This document shows positions 19,132 to 28,165 of a DNA stretch of 32,000 bases, in pieces. Made by a program: the position numbers and the translations under genes. The stretch comes from Alkanindiges sp. WGS2144. Its GTDB lineage: Bacteria; Pseudomonadota; Gammaproteobacteria; Pseudomonadales; Moraxellaceae. The notes below the pieces were generated by a model. It did no database searches and was not told where the DNA came from. It saw only the letters and a program-made list of their open reading frames with translations. Numbering within the stretch: position 1 is the first letter of the stretch; every line of letters starts with the position of its first letter. The stretch lies in NCBI RefSeq assembly GCF_043950625.1, contig NZ_CP171007.1; one strand, given 5' to 3'.

Positions 19132-19785
19132 TTAGGCTGACAGTTTTAGCAAAACCTGCCCTAACTCAGCTATTGAATGAACAACCGCCATCGGCTGATA
19201 CTGTTCAAGTACATCTGCTGAATGCACGCCATAACTGACCCCAATTCGCGCCATATTCATGCGTTGCGCCATTTCCATATCATAGCTGCTATCGCCTACC
19301 ATCACCGCCCGCTCTACGGATACGCCCGTTTGCGCCAATAATTGCTCGAGCATTAAAGGATCAGGCTTGGAACAGGTTTCATTGGCACAGCGTGTGGCTA
19401 CAAAATATCGTTCACTTTCCGTTTGTACCAGTACCCGATCCAGTCCAGCACGGCTTTTGCCGGTAGCAACTGCCAACAACATACCACAACTGGTCAGTTG
19501 CTCCAGTAAATCATCCACGCCTGTGAACCAGCGCTGGGTATGCGAATTAGCCACATAATGGCTGGCATATTCAGCCTGAATGTAAGGCTGCAACTCAACA
19601 TGCTGCGGAAATAAAGCCTGCATGGCCTCTGGTAGCCCAAGACCAATAATATTTCTGGCGGCCTCGGGACACAGGTCAATCTGGTATTGCTGCGCTGCCC
19701 ATTGCAGGCTGCTCACAATTTGCGATACCGAATCAAATAAAGTTCCATCCCAGTCAAAAATAACCAAGTCAAAGCGCCTAGACAT
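19132..19785 (-). CDS. HAD-IA family hydrolase (phosphoglycolate-phosphatase-like), copy B
   Basis: All four HAD motifs are present: FDLVIFDWDGTLFDS, LLAVATGKS, SKPDP, VGDSSYDMEMA. Confidence 0.85.
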   Translation of the reverse strand: MSRRFDLVIFDWDGTLFDSVSQIVSSLQWAAQQYQIDLCPEAARNIIGLGLPEAMQALFPQHVELQPYIQAEYASHYVANSHTQRWFTGVDDLLEQLTSCGMLLAVATGKSRAGLDRVLVQTESERYFVATRCANETCSKPDPLMLEQLLAQTGVSVERAVMVGDSSYDMEMAQRMNMARIGVSYGVHSADVLEQYQPMAVVHSIAELGQVLLKLSA

Positions 19786-19793
19786 TTATAAAG

Positions 19794-20480
19794 TTATTTT
19801 CCCAGCAAAAATTGTTCCAGCGCAGCAACTGACCCTGCAACAGCCAGAGGTTGCCAGGGCTGTAAGCGATCAATACAGTACTGCTCATGATTATGAGTCA
19901 GGTAAGCTGCACCCAGCATGGAAATACGGGCAAGCGTTGCCATTTCCATGTCCAGTGCTGAGTCACCAATCAGTAATGCCCTATTGGGCACACATTCCGC
20001 CAGACTTAAAATGGACTGCAAAATGGCCGGATTGGGCTTGGCAGGTCCCTGATCGGCGCCCACCACCGTAAAAAAATAGTGTGCTATACCAAGCCGCTGT
20101 ATTTCAGCCAATACCTCAGCCTGGGGCCGGCCAGCAATCACTGCCATTTTTTGCCCACCGGCATGAAGACGTGCCAATAAATCAGCCACTCCATCGTACA
20201 GTTCTGCTGGCTTATCAAATTGCTTAAACCCTTCCAGATTCAGCAAAAGCCTTAAATCATCCAGCTGAACAGCATGATCAGCATGAATAATCTGCTCAAG
20301 TACCGGTATCAGGCCACTTGCCTGTAAAGCCGCACCTTGCTCAGTTTGTGGCACATCACGTTTTGCATCATTTATTAAGTCAACAATGGGCGACACGGAG
20401 TCAAATAAAGTACCATCCCAGTCAAAAATAATCAGATCAAAGGAACCAAACGCGGTTATCAAATTCTTCTTAAGCCTCAT
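19794..20480 (-). CDS. HAD-IA family hydrolase paralogue, copy A (motif II Thr/Ser replaced by Ala)
   Basis: FDLIIFDWDGTLFDS, AKPNP and IGDSALDMEMA are present. The motif II position reads MAVIAGRP rather than xxT/S. It is separated by 8 nt from copy B. Confidence 0.8.
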   Translation of the reverse strand: MRLKKNLITAFGSFDLIIFDWDGTLFDSVSPIVDLINDAKRDVPQTEQGAALQASGLIPVLEQIIHADHAVQLDDLRLLLNLEGFKQFDKPAELYDGVADLLARLHAGGQKMAVIAGRPQAEVLAEIQRLGIAHYFFTVVGADQGPAKPNPAILQSILSLAECVPNRALLIGDSALDMEMATLARISMLGAAYLTHNHEQYCIDRLQPWQPLAVAGSVAALEQFLLGK

Positions 20481-20521
20481 CGTGAATGGGTGTTACGCTT
20501 CGTGACTATGCCGTCCCTTCT

Positions 20522-21448
20522 CTAAAAACGCAACTGCTGGATTATATTTTTTATGTCTGCCGGTAACCCCGATTCAATGACCGGGTAGCCAGGAATCTCT
20601 AATCTTGCCGCATGCAAACACAAGCGGCGTACAGGTGCTTCTTGCCAGGCGATATCATGGCCGTATTTGTCATCTCCTACCAGTGGATGCCCAATAAATA
20701 GGCCATGTACCCGAATCTGATGGGTACGTCCTGTCAGAGGGCTGGCATTCACCAGCGTGGCATGCTTAAAGCGCTCAGCAACCTGCCAGCGTGTCTGGCT
20801 GGGTTTACCGTCTTTGGATACCCGCACTCGGCGCTCACCATTGGCCAGTTCATAACGCAGTAGTGGTGCATCAATGAGCTGGCTGTCCAGTAGAACACAA
20901 CCTTTCACCAGCGCCTGATAAGTTTTTCTGATTTTTCCGTTACGTAAATAATCCTGAAGCAGCTTTAAGGTGCTGCGTTTTTTGCTAATCATCAGCAAGC
21001 CGGAGGTATCCTTGTCAATACGGTGGATCAGCTCCAGATAGGGCTTGCCCAGCGCCTGCCTGAGTGCTTCAATCACGCCAAAGGCCACACCACTGCCACC
21101 ATGCACCGCAATACCGGCCGGCTTATCAATAACAAGTAGCCCCTCATCTTCAAACACAATCCGCTGCGCCAGACTGGTTGCCAGCTCCTCGCCTACCTGT
21201 ATCGGCAACTGATCATTGTCGGCCATACGCCGGATAGGAGCTACCCGAACCTGATCACCAGCCTTTAAACGGGTTTCTGCCTTAACCCGCCCCTTATTCA
21301 CCCGCACTTCTCCTTCACGGATCAAGCGGTAGATACGGCTCTTTGGCACGCCCTTTAAACGGCTAAACAAAAAATTATCAATACGCTGGCCGTCCTGATG
21401 CTCATTGACGTCAAACCAACTTACCTGCTGCCAGCTTTGCTCAGCCAT
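20522..21448 (-). CDS. rluC: 23S rRNA pseudouridine synthase RluC (RluA family with S4 domain)
   Basis: S4-like N-terminus (GQRIDNFLFSRLKGVPKSRIYRLIREGEVRVNK) and catalytic HRIDKDTSGLLM. It is divergent from rne, as in E. coli. The track start at 21511 adds a hydrophobic extension; I prefer the ATG at 21448 (MAEQSWQQV). Confidence 0.9.
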   Translation of the reverse strand: MAEQSWQQVSWFDVNEHQDGQRIDNFLFSRLKGVPKSRIYRLIREGEVRVNKGRVKAETRLKAGDQVRVAPIRRMADNDQLPIQVGEELATSLAQRIVFEDEGLLVIDKPAGIAVHGGSGVAFGVIEALRQALGKPYLELIHRIDKDTSGLLMISKKRSTLKLLQDYLRNGKIRKTYQALVKGCVLLDSQLIDAPLLRYELANGERRVRVSKDGKPSQTRWQVAERFKHATLVNASPLTGRTHQIRVHGLFIGHPLVGDDKYGHDIAWQEAPVRRLCLHAARLEIPGYPVIESGLPADIKNIIQQLRF

Positions 21449-22217
21449 ACTCAACCTATACCAATAAAAAATGATCCCGAAAGCGGAATATGAGAAAAAT
21501 ACCGACAACAACGAAAAAAGTCCTGACTTCCCGTATGCTTAAATGCAAAGGTCTGATATAGTCAGCACACGGCAGTGATTGCTCGCCCGTTTTCCCATGT
21601 TGGTTGTGCCAACTGCACCCAAATGGCCATATGCTGGTGTCATGCAAACTGCCTTAAGGAATACATCCTGGCCGAAGGATAAGTATATCGGCAAATCTTG
21701 CTGGCTGTATGCGTTTTATCAAATATAAATGGTATCACTGGCAAGTTTAAATGCAGCCCTGTTTTCAGACAGGCTTAAACGAAAACTGATGCACACATAA
21801 CAGGTCGCTTGCCTGCTGCTTTAAGTGTCTAAACGTCAGAAGAATAGCTTATTGCCCATAGGACACCTGCTGTAATACGCTTATTACGTGATCCGTAATG
21901 ACGCCATAGCCACCATAATGAATATGGTGATACAGCCTAAAGGATGACTTCGTTTTTTTGCGGCAAATAAGTCTGGTTTTTCTGGTTTTAACCATAACCT
22001 GCAGGTAGCGCCAATCCAATTGATTGGACGAGGCACTGACATTACAGTGCCAAAGCAAGACTTTGACCTTAATCTTTTTAAGGCCTTGGGTCATATCAAT
22101 ACAAGGGCTGTCTATGCTTATAGCAGTTACCGATATGCCCCAATACAAGCTCGTCGTTCGCGCGACTGTTTTTGCGAACCGATCTGTGTGTGTGTGTCAT
22201 AATTAGGTGTCACACCC
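21449..22217 (+). promoter_or_regulatory. rluC/rne divergent promoter region and long rne 5' leader
   Basis: This is a 769-bp non-coding gap, the longest in the window, with several short hairpins: GTAATA-CGCT-TATTAC near 21881, and CCAATC-CAATT-GATTGG at 22011-22027. The SD AGGTG is at 22205-22209. E. coli rne has a 361-nt autoregulatory 5' UTR. The promoter position here is not determined. Confidence 0.5.
22185..22197 (+). repeat. (TG)6T dinucleotide repeat 21 nt upstream of the rne start codon
   Basis: Read directly: ctGTGTGTGTGTGTGTc, followed by ataattAGGTGTCACACCCatg. Confidence 0.9.
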
Positions 22218-25200
22218 ATGAAACGTATGCTGATTAATGCAACGCATGCAGAAGAAATCCGCGTTGCACTCATCACTGGTAATCGTTTATACGATTTTGA
22301 CCTGGAAAATCGCACCCGCGAACAAAAAAAATCCAACATCTACAAAGGCCATGTCACCCGGGTAGAACCCTCTCTAGAAGCCGTATTTGTTGAATATGGT
22401 GCTAATCGCCAGGGCTTCTTGTCCATGCGCGAAATTGCCAACAGTTACCTGCAGGCCGACCCCCGCTCTACCCACAATATTCGCGATTTAATCAGTGAAG
22501 GCACCGAGCTATTGGTCCAGGTGGAAAAAGAAGAACGCGGCAACAAGGGTGCTGCCCTGTCTACCTTTATTTCACTGGCTGGACGCTATCTGGTACTGAT
22601 GCCCAACAACCCTAAAGGGGGTGGTATCAGCCGTCAGATTGCGGGTTCCGTGCGTGAAGAAATGAAAGAAATTCTGGCTTCCCTGCATATTCCACGTGGC
22701 ATGAGCGTGATTGTACGCACTGCCGGAATTGGCCGTACACCAGAAGAACTGCAACTGGATCTGCAACACCTGTTGACCCTGTGGCAGCAAATCCAGAACA
22801 CTGCCAGTGGTAACCCTTCCCCCATACTGGTTCATCAGGAAGCCGGTGTAGTTACCCGTGCCGTACGCGACTATTTACGCGACGATATCACTGAAATCCT
22901 GATTGATAATGAACAGGCCTTTAATGAAGCCTATCATTTTGTCCAGCAGGTCATGCCGCACCAGATTGATAAGCTCAAAAAATACACTGCCAGCGAACCC
23001 CTGTTTGCCCGCTTCGGTATTGAAAGCCAGATTGAAACTGCCTATCAGCGTGAAGTTAAACTGCCTTCTGGTGGCTCAATCGTGATTGACCAGACCGAAG
23101 CACTGGTTTCCATTGACATTAACTCGGCCAAGGCTACCCGTGGTCATGATGTCGAAGAAACTGCGCTCAATACCAATATTGAAGCAGCCGAAGAGATTGC
23201 ACGCCAGTTACGCTTACGCGACATCGGTGGCCTGATTGTAATTGACTTCATTGACATGGGTAAGGATCGCAATCAGCGTCTGGTCGAAAACAAACTGCGT
23301 GAAGCGACCCAAAGTGATCGAGCACGCATCCAGTTTGGCCAGTTGTCACGTTTTGGCCTGATGGAAATGAGCCGTCAACGCCTGCGCCCCTCACTAGAAG
23401 AAGCCACAGGCTATGTTTGCCCGCGCTGTCATGGCACTGGCATGGTACGTGACCTGCGCTCACTATCCCTGTCCATTATGCGTGCCATTGAAGAAATTGC
23501 GCTGCGTGAACGTCAAGGTGAGGTACAGCTGGAAGTTCCGGTAGAAATTGCAGCCTTCCTGTTAAATGAAAAACGGAACGCGCTGGTTTATCTGGAACAA
23601 AACAGCCATGTGCGCATTACAGTATTGCCGCATCCGCACCTGGAAACTCCGCACTATCATATCCAGTATAACCGCGAAGGTTTTGCGCCAGCCAGCTATG
23701 AGCGTACCGAAGCAACCCGTGCCAGCGAGCAGGAGCTGGGCTATGAAGCAACCGACTGGCAACAGCCCACCACTACTGAAGCAGCACCTGCCGCTACAAA
23801 AACCCGTAGCACAGAGTCTACTGCCAAATCTCAGGCACAAGCTGCTACAACTGCTCAGCCTGCCAAACAAGCAGAAAATCGTGCCTGTGCCTGGCTGGAA
23901 AACCTGTTTGTTACCAAGCAGGCCAAAACCCAGGATGCAGTCAATGCCAAAGACGCTGCCTCTGCCATTGAACAAATGGTTAATGACGGCGCCGTTAGCA
24001 AGGGAATTTATGGTCGCCTAAACCCGACCCCGCCTGCTACAGAAGAAAAAGCCAAGCCCACAAATGCCTACTCTGCCACAGAAAGCAGCTCAGGTAACGG
24101 CAGCAATGACAATAATAATGGACGTTCTACTGGCCGCCAGCGTAACAGCCGTAAACGCGACCAGCAGCGTGAGCGTGACCACACGAATGGCAACAACAAT
24201 GGCAACGTGAGCAATGGTACCAGCCACCAGCAGCGCGAAGTGGTTGAGCATCATGCTCACAGTGAGCTGACTGAAGAGCAAAGCAGTGGAGGCAATGGCC
24301 GTAGTCGTGGCCGTCGCCAGCAAGCCAGCCATGATCGTCAAGACAGTAGTCGTCAGGACAATAGCGAACAGGCCGTGCCACGTCGTGACCGTCAGGCCAG
24401 CAATCGTCCGACACGTGGCCCGCGCCACCGGGATCAAAGTGTTCTGGACGAATCCACCGAACTGGCTCCCGAAACAACAAAAGTCAGCACAATGGACAAT
24501 GTGGAAGCCGTACTAACTCAGGATCAGCCAAAAGTTGTCGCTATCAACCATGAAACCGCTGCCGCTACTCAGGAAATAGTAGAAGCATTGGTGATTGATG
24601 TGGTTAGCCAGCAAACCAGCGTACTTAACCTGAGTCAGCCAGAACCTGTGATGGTGGATGCTGCACCGGATCATGCTGCAAATGTCGCTGAACAACCTGC
24701 CGTTGAGGTAGTTACCGACATGTCGGCAGCCACTGAGCCTAAGCGTGCTTTGAATGACCCGCGTGAGCGCCGTCGTCGCCGCGAACTAGGCATGGAAGAA
24801 CCAGTATTGCAGTTTGCTGTTGATCCTGCCCTGATCACTCTACAGGTAGAACAAGTAGCAAACCAAAGCGAGCAGCAACTTAAAGTACTGCCTATCCAAG
24901 GCACGGCCGGAGAGTTTATTCGCGCTGTTTTAGGTGAAGCAGCCCAGCATTTACTGGATGAAGGTAAGTTCGTAGAAGCCTTTTTGCAAGCACTGCAACA
25001 ACGTGAGCAAACAGCCCAGCAGCCTTCTTCAGAGGCCGTCGCAGTGGAACAGGAACCCGTTGAGCTACTGCCTACCACTCCTCCAGCACCAAAACCCCGT
25101 GCTGCCAATGATCCACGCCTACGCCGTCAGATGGCACAACAGCCAGTAGAACAAGAAGGCGTAGTCAGTCAGGATGAACCAGCCCCCCAACCTGTTGATA

Positions 25201-25562
25201 GTAAACAGGCCGAAGTGGTCTCTCAGGCCAATGATCATGTGGCAGGAACAGAAGCTGTAGCTCAATCTACTCCTGTAGAAGCCATTACAGCAACTGAGAG
25301 TCCAGATCAGGCCACACAACCCCAGCCGGTAGGCGAGACTGAGGCAAATCTGGATGCAGTGGCGGCTGCCAATGAAGCACCTGCCCCTAGTGAGTCAGCC
25401 CAAGTGCAGACAGCACCAGTCGACACTCCAGACTCGCAGGCAGACACCTCTACTGAATCCACACCATTAGTTGAGGAAGCCAGCAGCAAGGCAGAAAAAG
25501 AAAAGACCCGTCCGCGCCGTCCGCGTGGTCGTCCACCAAAAAAACAAAGCACTTCATCATAA
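22218..25562 (+). CDS. rne: ribonuclease E
   Basis: [30 protein letters not shown] start, an S1 domain, DNase-I-like [14 protein letters not shown], and the Zn-link CPRCHGTG. The following roughly 600 aa are low-complexity, Arg-rich and acidic. Confidence 0.97.
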   Translation: MKRMLINATHAEEIRVALITGNRLYDFDLENRTREQKKSNIYKGHVTRVEPSLEAVFVEYGANRQGFLSMREIANSYLQADPRSTHNIRDLISEGTELLVQVEKEERGNKGAALSTFISLAGRYLVLMPNNPKGGGISRQIAGSVREEMKEILASLHIPRGMSVIVRTAGIGRTPEELQLDLQHLLTLWQQIQNTASGNPSPILVHQEAGVVTRAVRDYLRDDITEILIDNEQAFNEAYHFVQQVMPHQIDKLKKYTASEPLFARFGIESQIETAYQREVKLPSGGSIVIDQTEALVSIDINSAKATRGHDVEETALNTNIEAAEEIARQLRLRDIGGLIVIDFIDMGKDRNQRLVENKLREATQSDRARIQFGQLSRFGLMEMSRQRLRPSLEEATGYVCPRCHGTGMVRDLRSLSLSIMRAIEEIALRERQGEVQLEVPVEIAAFLLNEKRNALVYLEQNSHVRITVLPHPHLETPHYHIQYNREGFAPASYERTEATRASEQELGYEATDWQQPTTTEAAPAATKTRSTESTAKSQAQAATTAQPAKQAENRACAWLENLFVTKQAKTQDAVNAKDAASAIEQMVNDGAVSKGIYGRLNPTPPATEEKAKPTNAYSATESSSGNGSNDNNNGRSTGRQRNSRKRDQQRERDHTNGNNNGNVSNGTSHQQREVVEHHAHSELTEEQSSGGNGRSRGRRQQASHDRQDSSRQDNSEQAVPRRDRQASNRPTRGPRHRDQSVLDESTELAPETTKVSTMDNVEAVLTQDQPKVVAINHETAAATQEIVEALVIDVVSQQTSVLNLSQPEPVMVDAAPDHAANVAEQPAVEVVTDMSAATEPKRALNDPRERRRRRELGMEEPVLQFAVDPALITLQVEQVANQSEQQLKVLPIQGTAGEFIRAVLGEAAQHLLDEGKFVEAFLQALQQREQTAQQPSSEAVAVEQEPVELLPTTPPAPKPRAANDPRLRRQMAQQPVEQEGVVSQDEPAPQPVDSKQAEVVSQANDHVAGTEAVAQSTPVEAITATESPDQATQPQPVGETEANLDAVAAANEAPAPSESAQVQTAPVDTPDSQADTSTESTPLVEEASSKAEKEKTRPRRPRGRPPKKQSTSS

Positions 25563-25603
25563 GGGTCGTGCTAGCCAGCCTGCCTGTACTATCAGGCAGG
25601 CCT

Positions 25604-25648
25604 TTGACCAGAAGCAGCTTTTAAATAGCTGCCCTGGTCAAATTTTTC
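25604..25648 (+). terminator. rho-independent terminator after rne (preceded by a second hairpin at 25578-25601)
   Basis: TTGACCAG/CTGGTCAA plus GCAGCT/AGCTGC form a composite 14-bp stem, followed by ATTTTT (25642-25647). The upstream hairpin is GCCTGCCTG-tactat-CAGGCAGGC. Confidence 0.8.
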
Positions 25649-25870
25649 TGATTAGGCGACTCTCCGACTTTTGCCTTAGACCAGTTATTTTCACCTTTTA
25701 TCCAGTATACCTATTCTTGTTTTAAGCTTTTAATTACCCTAAGAACCATGCTATCTCCTGTCCGCTATAGCAAGCCCACGCATACAAATTCCAGAAAATA
25801 CTTTAATAAAAATCTCGCTGTTTTTAAGCAGGAATTCTTGAACATCCCTGCAATTCGTCCACTTATGCCC

Positions 25871-25899
25871 TTGACCAATGTCGTATTTACCGGATAATC
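25871..25899 (+). promoter_or_regulatory. sigma-70-like promoter for the acyl-CoA synthetase gene
   Basis: TTGACC (25871-25876), a 17-nt spacer, then ATAATC (25894-25899). Confidence 0.5.
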
Positions 25900-25919
25900 G
25901 GCAACATATTTTTTGCCAA

Positions 25920-25937
25920 CGTTTAAACGTTTAAACG
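25920..25937. promoter_or_regulatory. perfect 18-bp palindrome CGTTTAAACGTTTAAACG (two tandem GTTTAAAC octamers), candidate operator
   Basis: Read directly. It lies about 20-38 nt downstream of the predicted -10 and 58 nt upstream of the ATG at 25995. Confidence 0.45.
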
Positions 25938-25994
25938 CATGGTGGTTTGGCTTGTTTCTATAGCCAAATCACCGCTACGAAAGGAACGCTATCC

Positions 25995-27836
25995 ATGAGC
26001 CAATCTATCCAGCAAGATGTTATCACTTTAAGCGATGTGGCCAGACGGGTACCGCGTTTACTAAAAAAACTGCCACATGTATTAAATGGCCTTATTCTTG
26101 CCAATGATACCCGGGCAACTAAACCCATGGGTTTAGGCTGGGCTTTTGAAAAGACGGTAAGACAAAATCCTTACGGCAAGGCTTTGCTATATAAAGATAC
26201 TGAACTTAATTATTTACAGTTTAATGAATGGATTAACCAGATCGCTCATTTCTTTTTATCCAAAGGCTTACAAAAAGGCGATGTGGTTGCTGTTTTTATT
26301 GAAAACCGGCCTGAACTACTGGCTGCTGTAGTGGCACTAGCCAAAATTGGCGTAACCGCTGCGCTGGTCAATACCGCCCAGACTGGTAAGGTACTTAGCC
26401 ATAGCATTAATCTGGTACAACCTCGCGCCATCATTGTTGGCGAAGAGGTACAATCTGCCCTGCATGACACTCTGGCAACGCTTGACGTCAATAAAAGCGA
26501 AGTCTACTGGTTTGCTGACCAGGATACCCTGAAAGATGCTGGCACTGCCCCTGAGGGCTATCAAAACCTTGCAGATATTATTCAACAGTATCCAAGCTTC
26601 AACCCACCAACGACCAATAATATATTCTTTGGTGACGGACTGTTTTACATCTATACCTCTGGCACCACCGGCCTCCCCAAAGCAGTCGTGTTTACTCATG
26701 GTCGCTGGATGCGTGCTTACGGTACCTATGGTCATATCATGGATCTTAACAAGCATGATGTCATGTATGTGACCCTGCCGTTTTATCATGCAACCGGCAT
26801 GGTGGTGTGCTGGGCAGCTGTGCTGGCGGGTGGCGCTGCCCTGGCCATTCGTCGCAAGTTCTCTGCCCGGGAGTTCTGGAGCGACGTACAACGCTTTGAT
26901 GCCTCTGCCATTGGCTATGTAGGCGAATTATGCCGCTATCTGCTCGAAGTCCCTGTGAGCTCTGTTGATAAAGGCCACCGTGTCAGCAAAATGATTGGTA
27001 ATGGCATGCGCCCTACGATCTGGAACAAATTCAAGCAGCGCTTTGGTGTTGACGAAGTGATGGAGCTTTATGCCTCTAGTGAAGGCAATGTCGGCTTTAG
27101 CAATATTTTTAATTTTGACAACACCGTCGGCTTTTCTCCTACGCCTTATGCCATTGTTAAATTTGACAAAGAAAAAAATGAGCCGATCAAGGACAAAAAA
27201 GGTCGTTTTATCAAGGTAAAAACTGGCGAGACCGGCTTACTCATTGGAAAAATCACCAAGCGTGCGCCGTTTGATGGCTATACAGACGCTGAAAAAAACA
27301 GATCGGTTATTTTTGAGAATGTGTTCAAAAAAGGTGACCGCTATTTTAATACCGGTGATCTGGTACGCGATATTGGTTATCGCCATGCCCAGTTTGTCGA
27401 CCGTCTGGGGGATACCTTCCGCTGGAAGGGTGAAAACGTTTCAACCACTGAAGTAGAAAATCTGGTGGCTGAACACCCAAAAATTAGTGAAGCGGTGGCC
27501 TATGGCGTAGAAATACCCAACACCAATGGCCGGGCTGGAATGTGTGCCATTACCCCGCATGAAGGGGAAAACCTGAGCGAGCAGGATTACGCCGAACTGC
27601 TTAGCTTTTTCCAGCAACGTCTACCTGCCTATGCGATCCCTGTGTTTTTGCGTATTCAGGAGCAAATGGAAACCACAGGTACTTTCAAATACCAGAAGAA
27701 CACCCTAAAAACCCAGGCTTATAATCCTACCCAGACCAGCGAGATCATTCTGGCCTGGTTACCGGGTGAAAAGCAGTATTGTGTAGTCACTGATGAAATT
27801 CACCAAAATATCCAGACCGGTAAATATCGTTTCTAG
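25995..27836 (+). CDS. long-chain/very-long-chain acyl-CoA synthetase (FATP-type, AMP-binding superfamily)
   Basis: AMP-binding motif YIYTSGTTGLPKAV, TGDLVRDIGYRHAQFVDRLGDTFRWKGENVST, and a C-terminal TGTFKYQK. The track start is 25947, but AAGGA (25981-25985) precedes the ATG at 25995 (MSQSIQQDV). Confidence 0.9.
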   Translation: MSQSIQQDVITLSDVARRVPRLLKKLPHVLNGLILANDTRATKPMGLGWAFEKTVRQNPYGKALLYKDTELNYLQFNEWINQIAHFFLSKGLQKGDVVAVFIENRPELLAAVVALAKIGVTAALVNTAQTGKVLSHSINLVQPRAIIVGEEVQSALHDTLATLDVNKSEVYWFADQDTLKDAGTAPEGYQNLADIIQQYPSFNPPTTNNIFFGDGLFYIYTSGTTGLPKAVVFTHGRWMRAYGTYGHIMDLNKHDVMYVTLPFYHATGMVVCWAAVLAGGAALAIRRKFSAREFWSDVQRFDASAIGYVGELCRYLLEVPVSSVDKGHRVSKMIGNGMRPTIWNKFKQRFGVDEVMELYASSEGNVGFSNIFNFDNTVGFSPTPYAIVKFDKEKNEPIKDKKGRFIKVKTGETGLLIGKITKRAPFDGYTDAEKNRSVIFENVFKKGDRYFNTGDLVRDIGYRHAQFVDRLGDTFRWKGENVSTTEVENLVAEHPKISEAVAYGVEIPNTNGRAGMCAITPHEGENLSEQDYAELLSFFQQRLPAYAIPVFLRIQEQMETTGTFKYQKNTLKTQAYNPTQTSEIILAWLPGEKQYCVVTDEIHQNIQTGKYRF

Positions 27837-27863
27837 GACTTTTTACCCAAAAATATAACCAAT

Positions 27864-27895
27864 CGCCGCCTGTTTAATAGCAGGCGGTTTTTTTA
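27864..27895 (+). terminator. rho-independent terminator after the acyl-CoA synthetase gene
   Basis: CCGCCTG (27865-27871) / CAGGCGG (27881-27887) with a 9-nt loop, followed by T7 (27888-27894). Confidence 0.8.
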
Positions 27896-27928
27896 TAACC
27901 AGTCATACAAATTAATTTAATTTTAAGC

Positions 27929-27956
27929 TTGCCATCTCCAAATAAATTGGTAGAAT
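27929..27956 (+). promoter_or_regulatory. sigma-70 promoter for tRNA-Lys
   Basis: TTGCCA (27929-27934), a 16-nt spacer, then TAGAAT (27951-27956), followed by a GC-rich discriminator GTGCCCC. The tRNA starts 21 nt after the -10. Confidence 0.6.
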
Positions 27957-27976
27957 GTGCCCCACTGAAGCGTTAC

Positions 27977-28052
27977 GGGTCGTTAGCTCAGTCGGTAGAG
28001 CAGCGGACTTTTAATCCGTTGGTCCCGCGTTCGAGTCGCGGACGACCCACCA
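27977..28052 (+). tRNA. tRNA-Lys (anticodon UUU), CCA encoded
   Basis: Hand-folded cloverleaf: acceptor GGGTCGT/ACGACCC, D-arm GCTC/GAGC, anticodon stem GCGGA/TCCGT with loop CT-TTT-AA, T-arm CCGCG-TTCGAGT-CGCGG, discriminator A plus CCA. Length 76 nt. Confidence 0.97.
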
Positions 28053-28097
28053 TATGCCTAAATCCATACACCGCTATATAGCACCGTATGGTAAGAA

Positions 28098-28130
28098 AGC
28101 CCTAGTCAGACAATGATTAGGGCTTTTTTT
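28098..28130. terminator. rho-independent terminator between tRNA-Lys and the convergent aldo/keto reductase gene
   Basis: AGCCCTA (28098-28104) / TAGGGCT (28118-28124) followed by a T-run to 28130. The opposite strand sees TTTCTT after the stem. Confidence 0.75.
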
Positions 28131-28165
28131 ATGTACTTATATTCGCTATATCAATTATTTCCCCG

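Noticed and set aside
21849-22148. 99-aa ORF on the minus strand inside the rluC/rne intergenic region.
   Set aside because: It has no SD and an odd composition, and it sits where the structured rne leader is expected. A spurious ORF of this kind (yceQ) was historically annotated in the E. coli rne leader. I treat the region as non-coding.
23248-25552. A series of antisense or alternate-frame ORFs (60-151 aa) across the rne 3' half, for example 23562-23975(-), 24090-24480(-), 24671-25108(-) and 25307-25552(-).
   Set aside because: They lie wholly inside the confidently called rne gene and have Cys/Ser/Arg/Gly-rich nonsense composition. They are the expected by-product of a low-complexity, stop-poor GC-rich coding region.
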